Of a stretch of 64,000 nt of DNA, positions 53,661-64,000 are shown piece after piece. Where the stretch lies: contig OX597815.1 in the NCBI GenBank assembly GCA_951406725.2, positions 213,776,001 through 213,840,000 of the forward strand, written 5' to 3'. Position 1 is the stretch's first letter; each line of letters starts with the position of its first letter. The notes below the pieces were generated by a model. That model saw only the letters and a program-made list of their open reading frames with translations. It did not search any database and was not told the origin of the DNA. This DNA is from Octopus vulgaris (Eukaryota). A program made the translations under genes and the position numbers.

Positions 53661-55564
53661 ATTCCTGAGTAAAACAGCATAAAATAAGCAAAGAGAAGCA
53701 GCCATTGCTTATCATCCGGTTATGTTATAATCCTGCAAATATGCAGCCGTTCTTCTTGTTCTTCTTATTTTGTGAGGATAGTTAAGTTGTAATTGTGTTA
53801 GAACAATGAATTGATGCGTCATTATCTTTTTCCAAAAATATGTTATCATCATCATCATCATCGTTATTGCATGTGTAGGAGTATTTGCCTAACTGAGAGA
53901 ATGGCATAACCAAAGGTTTGCAGTGTTATCGTGAATTATAAATTCAGAAGTCCGAAAGAATTGGTTTGTTGAAATTATGTCATACCTCTGCTGCAAACTG
54001 AATTCCGATTTGGCAGAACGACAAAATATCAATGACGGGAATTTCAAACTAATCGATCACTTCTGGTAAATATATTGCAAATATTCTGTTCTTTCCAGTT
54101 TTGAACGATAGGCAAAAGTTTAAATATCACGCTTTCTTGATGTCATCCTTAAAGAATTATGCCCCAACACAGCCACGGCGTTGGGGGTGAAACATGTAAA
54201 AGAATAAAAGAATAAAAGAATAAAGCAAGAAGGACACTTTTTCATGCAATATTTTTGTGTCTTCTTTGTTTGAATTAAACAAAACAGATTGGTTTTCTAT
54301 TTCTCTCCATTGCGTCCAACATTTTTTGTAAGAAATCTTTTTTGTCGTCTGCTTACGAATTCGAAAAATTCGGTATTTTCAAATCTAGTGTTACAGTTAA
54401 CAGAGATTGGAATACAGAACAATGTTAATATTGAAGGAAGTCGTTAAATGATTGCTTGAAAAGTAAGTAGCTTTTGTTTAGATAAAAGTTCAAGGATGAC
54501 ACTAATTGATTGAACATTGTCATAATGTAAATGCAGTCCCTTTCGCTCCCTTTCAGTCCTACTATAGAATCATTAATATCTCTATAATCAAATTATTATA
54601 AAGATATTAATGATTCTATACATTGGTCCCTTGTGATCTTGAGTTAGGGAATATTCGACGTTTTAACGATTTGTTAAATATGCTATCAAATTTCGCATCA
54701 ATACGTGTAGCAGAAAGCGTCGAAGTTCACTAATATGTTCAGTTTGAAGAGCTGGACGGACGATGGTAGAAGAATCAGATGTTGCTTGAACATCAAAATC
54801 TTCCCTCGCAAGGCAGCAATTATTTATTCCAATATCAAACCCCGAATTTAAACTTGTTTCCCCCAAGTTCGTCTCTTGAAGTAATTAAATGATGTGTTTG
54901 AAGCAATGTCCTTGCAAATCAAAGACCTCCATTACCTCAATAACCACCCTTCATTGTATCCATTTACAGCGCCTAAAGAAAACCTCCGTTTCGGTGTTTG
55001 ACGAGAGGATGCTGTTGATAATATTTAGTTTTCAGTATTCCTTTCAAAAAATGCTATCATTTGAAAATTCAGAGATCGTTTATCGACAGCAAAACATTCT
55101 CTGTGGCCATAAAACTACTAAAATCAGGTTTTAACTTCGCTTGAAGATGATTTCCTTTTGCAGTAAGATAATGTTTATGGTTTCGTTTTCGTGGCAATGC
55201 TGTCCATTACATTAACAGTGGACTCTGTTACGTGAGATACAGAAATAGCATCTTACAACGTAAAGGTTTTCCCAGTTTTATGAGACGAGGTAAAGCGTCG
55301 GCAACCTCTTACAGAAATGATATAAAAAGTTTTACAAAATCATGATATTTGTCTAAGAGAAACAATAAAGTTAATATTCATGTTTCAATAAATATTGTCT
55401 TAGTCATTTATCTACTGAGTGTATTTTTACTGCGAGTAAATTTAGATGTAATGAAAAGTTTTATTCTTGAACTGTAAACGCTACCTTCAGCCTCGCCTTT
55501 TACAATTTCAGGCCAATCTATTTCAGTAGAGTGATCGGTTGCTGTATCTCCCAGACTCAATGGA

Positions 55565-55629
55565 GTATATATATATATATATGATATATATGTGTATGTA
55601 TGTGTAGGTATATATATATATATTTACAG

Positions 55630-55691
<62 letters not shown>

Positions 55692-56666
55692 ATGTGTGTA
55701 TATATGTATGTATATATGTATATATATATATGTATATATGTATATATATATGTCTGTGTGTGTGTGTGTCTGTGTGTGTATTTGTGTGTGTGTGTGTGTG
55801 TGAATACAGAGATGCGTGCCTATCTTTCGTGAGCTGAGGTATATGTGTGTGCATGTGTATTACACACATAGACACAAATACAGATCTACGCACGTAGAAT
55901 AATGCACAAGCTCACACGCACAAACACACACACACACATATACACACATACACACATGCACACATACATATATATTTATATATACATATAAAGTTCATCC
56001 TACTAATATATATATATATATACACATTTATTATACAGACACTCACACACTCTTGTATACACACATATACATACGCACCGGCTACAAATCTCCGCTTGTC
56101 ATGTAAACTCTCCCAGATACTCGTAAAAACCATCATCATCATAAACAGCATCGCTATAGTTTTTTCTCTTTTACATATCACATTAGAAACGCCCATATTA
56201 TTTTTTTTAACCAATATTTTGTAATTTCTTCTTTTGTTTTTAACAGTGTGTACGCATCGTCCGGCCAAGATATAATTTCATTCAACTGGACAACCATCAC
56301 CATCATCAACACCGACACCAGCACCGACCCCGACACCACAATTTTGGCGTTGTTAACATCTCTGTTGGCAGATGATGTTGTTATAACTTGCTGCATTGCA
56401 GAAGTAGTTTAACCCCCTTCCTACCAACGTTCCACACATTGTTCTATCTCAGTCGGTTTCCTACCATTAGCCAAAACGTCATTTACGCAATTCAATAGAG
56501 AGAAAAAGCAACTACGCTGAAAACATTTTCATATTCACCTTCCCAGGCATTTTACTTCCACCCATCTCACTACTCCAGCCACCCACGTGATATAGACACA
56601 AACGCACATATACACCCTCATTCATTTGTACATACGTTCAATCATACATGTATACATACTCATATG

Positions 56667-56753
<87 letters not shown>

Positions 56754-56776
56754 ATATATATATATGTATATACATA

Positions 56777-56871
<95 letters not shown>

Positions 56872-57131
56872 GTATATATGTATATATGTATACATATATA
56901 CATGTATGTATATATATATATGCACACACACACACACACAAACACATATATATGCATATATTGTTATTATTATTATTATTATTATCATTATTATTATTAT
57001 TACATCGTTTTCAGATTTCCTATCATTCTTTCCGTCTTTCTTTTAGTTGTTCATTCCTTCTTTATTCATTTATCATTTCGTTCAAACATTCTTTCACTGT
57101 TTCTCTCTTTCTCTCTCTCTCTCTCTCTCCT

Positions 57132-57162
<31 letters not shown>

Positions 57163-57407
57163 TTTCTTTATAAGATTCTATTTTTCTCTTCCATCAGCTT
57201 ACTTTCGTAACTGTCCGCTCTCCGCTTTCCGTATCTTTATTATGTTGCACACAAACAGATTTCGCCCAAACATCTATATCTGTATCTATTCTCTTTATGT
57301 CCATCTAATAATCTTTGGGCTTGGATGAAGACGTTTGCACACGCAGACACACACGCACTCACACACAAACATACGCAAGTTTTAAATGTGTGTATGCATG
57401 CATATAC

Positions 57408-57452
<45 letters not shown>
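55565..57452. repeat. Microsatellite-rich tract
   Basis: (TA)n, (CA)n, (TAT)n, (CT)n. Confidence 0.9.
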
Positions 57453-57459
<7 letters not shown>

Positions 57460-58025
57460 AAATCCATTCTGTGTTTGTGTGTCTTCTAGGATCTCGGGCA
57501 TCCACCATCCGATTGCGCTCAAATTTGATATGTAGATATCGACGGTATCAGGGCTTGTATAAGTCTTGAAAAAATTACAAAAATCGATTCAAGGTGAGAA
57601 TGCGATCGATAAAGCCGTGGGAACGTGCATTTGTACGCGCAAGTACATCAGCTGTCGCGATCGATAGTACGCGTACGCGAGTAAAATGCACGTGCAGTTT
57701 ACGCAGAAAAAGCCGGCTAGCTTGAAATAATAAAATTAGTTACCTAGTTCCCTAGGTTGTTGCTTTTCATCAAAAATCGCCCCAAGTTGATTTCCTACAT
57801 GTTTTATCAGATAAACTTATTATTGTCCCAGGTACGTTCTCATAAATTCATCCTGCTTTTTCATCTAGATTTACCTCCAGCTAACCCATTTACATGCATC
57901 GTTTTTGTCCTGCTTTTCTTCCGTCAACCTGTACATAACTGCAGCTAATATATAACCTAATATATAACTGTGTATCATAGACAATCCAAATGAGCAATTG
58001 CCGTTATAAATGAAATCTTAGTGAA
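57453..58025 (+). mobile_element. Possible non-autonomous Helitron/Helentron-like element
   Basis: Starts tatataaaa...ctgtgtttgtgtg...ccgattgcgctcaaatttg; internal CG-rich hairpin ~57623-57693; 3' end uncertain. Confidence 0.3.
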
Positions 58026-58101
58026 ATTCATGGCTTTTAACGTATTAGCTTTATTTACTTCAAGTTAGAACGTTTCCAAAAAGAATCACACATACATATA
58101 T

Positions 58102-58168
<67 letters not shown>

Positions 58169-58458
58169 GCACACATGTGCCTACGATGCGTCAAACTGTT
58201 ATTACTGCGTTTCCTCTGCGAGGCACCGATGCAGGATGGGTTGGAATGATCGCAGTGAATAATAAAGAGTTTCGTGAATGCCATTTTCTTTCTTTCATAT
58301 TCTACGGACAAGAAAGAATTCCTGAAGTGAAGCCAGTGACATTTAAATTCCTGCTGCTGTTGACATCAGGTCACCGAACACTGGGAAGGGGTTTTAAAGG
58401 CACACCACAAGGCGTATACTCGGTTATAAAATTATTACTTACATATATTTACATATAC

Positions 58459-58493
<35 letters not shown>

Positions 58494-58620
58494 CGGCATC
58501 TTGGAGAAGTGTCTTCTACTGAAGGTCCGGACCGACCCACATCTTGTGCGTGAAATTTGGTGGAACGGAAACACGTCGTATATATCTATATAAAATGTAT
58601 ATATCATTACTGACAATATT

Positions 58621-59050
58621 CTTTTCTACTCTTGGCACAAGGCCCGAAATTTTTGGGGATGGGGCTAGTCGATTAGATCGACCCAGTACGCAACTGGTAC
58701 TTAATTTATCGACCCCGGAAAGGATGAAAGGCAAAGTCGACCTCGGCGGAATTTGAACTCACAACGTAACGCAGACGAAATACCGCTAAGCATTTCGCCG
58801 GGCGTGCTAACGTTTCTTATTTCTTTATTGCCCACAAGGGGCTAAACATAGAGGGGACAAACAAGGACAGACAAACGGATTAAGTCGATTACATCGACCC
58901 AGTGCGTAACTGGTACTTAATTTATCGATCCCCCGAATGGATGATAGGCAAAGTCGACCTCGGCGGAATTTGAACTCACAACGTAACGACAGACGAAATA
59001 CGGCTACACATTTCGCCCGTCGTGCTAACGTCTCTGCCAGCTCGCCGCTT
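58621..59050 (-). mobile_element. Dimeric SINE B with 17-bp TSD
   Basis: tcattactgacaatatt at 58604-58620 and 59051-59067; two head-core units with different tails. Confidence 0.9.
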
Positions 59051-59106
59051 TCATTACTGACAATATTGATGATCTTTATATTGCGGTATTAATACTGTTT
59101 CTGTTG

Positions 59107-59160
<54 letters not shown>

Positions 59161-59429
59161 ATAAACTTACTGGCCATTTGCGACATCAGTGATTGTCAGT
59201 CACTGTTATTCTATATATCGTTGGCATTGAAATTTGACTTGTATGCGGCGAGCAGAGTTACATTGAAGACACGTGATCTGACAGTTTCGGGGTCCATGCC
59301 AAATGCCTCTCGCCCACTGGTCTTTGCGAGAATATCTTTGAAGACGAATATCGCAGCTTTCAGCGTTCTGATAATACTTTCATGTTAAGTAAGATCTATC
59401 TACCAATCTATCTATCTATCTATCTAGTG

Positions 59430-61966
59430 CCTACCTACATAGCCTACCACGACTCTCGACAAGAAAGGCAGGGTGCTGCGAAGGTGCCATCACGGCGGCG
59501 GAAGTGCAGGAAGCGATGGCAGAATGCTCGAGGGACAAATCACCGGGTTTGGATGGTCTACCCTACGAGCTTTACAATTGTATGCCAGACTTGTTTGGAG
59601 ATCTCTTGGCGGCGGTGTACTGCAACTGGCAGCAAAACGGGAGCATTCCTGGTTTTGTGAGCCGAGGAGCCGTAACACTGCTGAAGAAAGATCTAAACAA
59701 GGGAAATGTAATAGATAACTTTAAGCCCATCACTCTGCTTAATGCAGACTTGAAAATTTTGGCCAAGGTGCTAGCCAAGAGGTTGGCGCTTGTCATCGAG
59801 AAACTGGTCGACAGGGCGCAAACATGCGCCGTGACAGGCCGGACCATCCATGAGAACCTCGACCTGATGCGCTACATCATAGACAGGGTAGTTAACGAAC
59901 CTGGCATGGGTGGGGCGCTGATCAATTTGGATCAATCGAAAGCTTTCGATAGGGTGGACCATCGATACTTGGTGGCGGTCCTCGGAGCGGCTGGCTTCGG
60001 TCCCGTCTTCCGCGGCTGGATAGCCGCTTTGTACAGAGGCATCCGTTCGGTAATTCGCGTGAATGGACATCTATCGAGACCCTTCGACATCGCACGTTCG
60101 GTCCGTCAGGGATGCCCCCTCTCGTCGCTTCTATACGTATTGACTCTCGAGCCATTATTGCGGAAGCTGGCAACCTTGAGAGGCATCCCGTGAGAACTGG
60201 GATGCGGGACGAGCGTGTCTGCATACGCGGACGACGTCACCGTCATAGTGTCTAGCCACGAGCACATCGAGCAGGTCGGCGAGACACTGAAAAACTACGA
60301 AGCGGTGACAGGAGCGAAAATCAACCGGGAAAAGTCAGTGGGCTTGCGACTAGGCACCTGGAGAAGCAAGCCCATGCCGTCCACCAGCGCCTCCGTCGTG
60401 GGACGCTGGACCGACGGCCCGGTTGAGTTGCTCGGGGTCTGGTTTGGTCCGGACCTCCAAATGGAGAAGAACTGGAACGAGATAACGAGTAGGGTGGTCA
60501 CTCTCGCCCGGCAATGGGCCGAGAGGAAACTGTCCCTAAAAGGTCGGGCGGAGGTGGCGAACACGTACATCGCGTCCGTCATCTACTACCGCCTGACCGT
60601 CGTACCTTGTCCCGACCCTACCATCACCAAACTACAACGCATTCTCTTTCGCTTCTTGTGGAAAGGATGCGTCCCGACGGTCAGGCGATCCATTTGCTGT
60701 CAACACCCGTTAAAAGGAGGGCTGGGCATGCCGTGGTTGATGATGCGCAGACACGCGCTGAGACTGCGACATCTCTGGCTCTATGTAGACGACGGTGAAC
60801 AGGTGTGGTCGCCGTTTGTGAGGCACGCTTTCCCGCAGCTCGTCTCCATGACCGAACTGCAGTCGTGGATCAAAAAGAGGCCGAAGAAGGGCGTATGGCA
60901 CCGCGAGTGTCGCGTTGCTCTCAAGCAACTCTGCCGTCCTGGGTCGACCTTGAGTGACTTCAACACAACCAAAGCATTCTATAGGGGTTTAGTGGAGGGG
61001 AGGTACGACGACGAGCTCGGGGCGAACCTGGACGTCGACGAGGAGTACCTGACCCGCCTGTTCAGGACGACTTTCGGGCCAGGGCCCATGGACAACTTCC
61101 AGAGATCCCTGGCCTGGCAGTGCTACCGAGAAGCGTTACCCGTTCGGGATAAGCTCTACAGACACGGCTCGAGAAACACGGGGCCGACCTGCCCGAGATG
61201 CGGTCAGAGCGACGAAACCGTTGTGCACGCACTCGTGCAGTGTCCAACAATTTCCGACCTGTGGGCTTGTGTCGAACAACTGCTGTCACGTGTGGGACGA
61301 GTCGGTTTATCAGCTGAGTCTATCGTTAATATTGTCACGCCTCCCTCCTTCAAACGGGAAGGAAGAGCTATTTTCATCATCCTTGTGGCTATGGCGAAAG
61401 AATGTATCTGGTGGACGCGTCTGAAAGGATTGGAGACAAACACTTTCCTCTCTGGTCAATCTCTCATCAACTTGAAAAGGAAAGTGAGAGTAGAGAGGCA
61501 AGTTTTGTCTAGCGAATGTTTTAAAAAAAGATGGGTGAATGTAGCAAGAATGGCACGTATGAATGACGAAGCCACCTTGAGCATGATCCTATGAACCCAG
61601 AAATTGAAAACAGAGAGTTGCTTATTTGCAAAAAAAAAAAAAAAGAAATATAACATGTGACTCCATTGACCGAGGTTACCGTGGTCTTTTCCGTAGGCTT
61701 TTCTTTCCACGGGTAAACCTCACCTGTCCTCCCCTTTACACTTCATATTGACATTTCTGTGATAACGATCCCTATTGATCAATTTTTTTTTCCCCTCTCC
61801 CCCTTTTTTTTAACCCCCCTTTTTTTGTCCACTTTCTCTCCTTTTACGATCCCTTTTGATCGAAACTCCCCCTTCCTTTTTTTTTTTTTTTTTAAACCTT
61901 CAAAAGAAAAGCTCTACCTTGTAATTTGTTCTATCTGTGTGCAGCCCTGTGTGGCTAATAAAGAAA
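59430..61966 (+). mobile_element. Tx1/L1-clade LINE, 5'-truncated; ORF2 broken by a single stop
   Basis: In-frame ORFs 59504-60193 and 60215-61594: KSPGLDGLP, PITLLNADLKILAK, LDQSKAFDRVDH, RQGCPLS, AYADD, GGLG, CPRC..ETVVHALVQC; AATAAA end; (TCTA)n on both flanks. Confidence 0.93.
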
Positions 61967-61984
61967 CATATCTATCTATCTATG

Positions 61985-62045
<61 letters not shown>

Positions 62046-62384
62046 ATCTATACAAGTATACATATATATTACATTGCATGAAATGTGTGTGTCTGTGTGT
62101 ATACATGAAGAAATTATATACACGCGGGCTACCAAAAGCACAACTTGACCCGTCTAAACAAATTAAATATTATCCACTTAATGCTAAACAAGTAATTAAA
62201 AATTAAATGGGGATTGACTATAGCCAACATGTGAAAGAAATAAACATTAAGAATGAATCTATGATACACCATACAAAGATGACAAGTATACTTCCCTCAT
62301 CTATATCTGTATCTATATATGTATATATGTGTGTGTATGTGTGTGTATATGTGTGTGTAAATATATATACATACATAATATAAA

Positions 62385-62435
<51 letters not shown>

Positions 62436-62436
62436 A

Positions 62437-62491
<55 letters not shown>

Positions 62492-63219
62492 ATATACACA
62501 CACACACACACTTCATTGATTTTTTTCCAATTTTATCGTAGCTGCCAGTCTACCAGTTTTCAGATAGAATCAACGAACCGTGTCAATATGTCTACATTGT
62601 TTCCATTCACAAACCATTTTCCTTCCTTTTAACACTTCACATGATGCTTAGCCAATGGACCAAATAATAATAGTTCACAAAAATCTCCGAAAACAGACAA
62701 GTATATTGGCTATAAGTCTATTATGTTGATGTGTTGATGATAATGATGATGGTGATGATGATGATTTTTGAAAGCGATGATTATAACGGCAAGTACGAAT
62801 GATAAGAACTTTTAGCAAAAGACAATATTTTCATTATTATCAAATAGTTTTCGCTTCTGCTGATCTATTGATCACTCCTCAGAGCCTCTGCATCGTCTCT
62901 CGATTTGCAAGAAACAGTTAGTAAAAGCACCTTCAACTCAAACTCTAACGTCTGAAAAGAAAAAGATGGAAAAGGTGTATAATGGAGTTATAAATTCTTT
63001 AGAACTTAAGGAAAAAAGATGATAGTCACAAAGCGGACTCTTTAATCGTAGATCTGGTCAAGAAGGCATGACAAAATCACAATTTCAACTACGTTATTGT
63101 GTCGGAATACGAACCGTTATGCTTAATTCTTTGAGCTGCAATGCTCACTCATGCACACATATATAGATAAATACGTACTTACATGCATAAATGCATTCAT
63201 ACATGATGCAAGTATACTA

Positions 63220-63560
63220 TGTGCAGTAGCTGAAGTCAGTTGCTCACATGTTAACTTAATGTTAAAGATACTGAAAAGACAACATCTATACCGAACTGAT
63301 GCGAAATTTTTGCTATAACTTTAAATTGCTACCAAAGATTATTGGAGCATTAGGCTATATGACTAATTCTCTCGAGACCAATCTTGAGAAGCTGGGTTTT
63401 ACAAAACCAGACAAAACACTCTTAAGCATAAGATTACTGTCACAAACTGTCAGAGGTGCTGTAAAACATTTCGTGAAGTTTAGGGTATAAAATCTATATA
63501 GCAATAAGATTTCGTGCTTGCAAAAATACAGTTTCAATATTGTCAAAACCATTAGGTGAG
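63220..63560 (+). mobile_element. Decayed 3' end of an RLE-type non-LTR element
   Basis: Y.ELMRN...LPKIIGALGY...LEKLGF...VRGAVK, resembling RLE C-termini. Confidence 0.5.
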
Positions 63561-63685
63561 AAAAATATCATAAATATACGGTCAGTTTAATTTCTGGGCT
63601 TTAAAACAAAAAGAGAAAATGCGTTTATCAGAAGAATTCATTCCAAGATTGCATTCACATTGATTACATTGACATTGTTTATTTA

Positions 63686-63970
63686 ATCATTTATGCGCCC
63701 TTTTCAAGCCTAGCCAGGCCTGGTCCCCCCCCCCCCCCAGCTGGATGGGACCCCAGTCCATCGCAGCGTTGCTCAAGAAACAGGAAGAAAAAGTGAGAGA
63801 AAGCTGGGGCGAAAGGGTACAACAGAGGTCGCTACCACCCCCTGCCAGAGCCTCGTGGAGCTTTAGGTGTTTTCGCTCAATAAACACACGCAACGCCCGG
63901 TCTGGGAATCGAAACCGCGATCCTCCGACCGCGAGTTCGCAGCCCTAACCACTGGGCCATTGCGCCTCCA
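63686..63970 (-). mobile_element. tRNA-derived SINE family C
   Basis: Revcomp ggaggcgcaatggcccagtggttaggg...ggtttcgattccc head; later ctgcgatggactgg...tccag segment resembles V-SINE-like cores. Confidence 0.8.
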
Positions 63971-64000
63971 CACATTGACTTTGTACAATCCCATTATACA

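Noticed and set aside
54660-55330. Possible coding relic on the minus strand
   Set aside because: The frames I read contain several stops and no recognisable motif
63905-63970. tRNA gene
   Set aside because: Acceptor stem does not close; continues into a SINE body

Overview
AT-rich, microsatellite-dense animal DNA that is intergenic or intronic. The SINE families look like those of octopus (cephalopod); this is recognition, not a database result. No intact cellular gene is present, and most ORF-track entries are (CA)n/(TA)n/(TATG)n artefacts. The real coding signal comes from decayed retroelements: a stack of R4/Dong-type LINEs in (TAA)n (28.4-36.7 kb), a nearly intact 5'-truncated CR1/L2-type LINE (49.5-52.2 kb), two Tx1/L1-type LINEs, two RTE fragments and a Penelope-like RT relic. 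There are also dozens of tRNA-derived SINE copies, three MITEs with TSDs and a solo LTR. Main findings: (1) a set of minimal type-I hammerhead ribozyme motifs, including a 373-bp near-perfect palindrome with an intact hammerhead on each strand and a recurrent variant core (CCGAYGA); (2) both main SINE families share 3' tails with LINEs in this same window, one with a covarying stem-loop; (3) apparent microsatellite-targeted LINE insertions; (4) two isolated minus-strand exon candidates, suggesting the window lies in the introns of a large gene.
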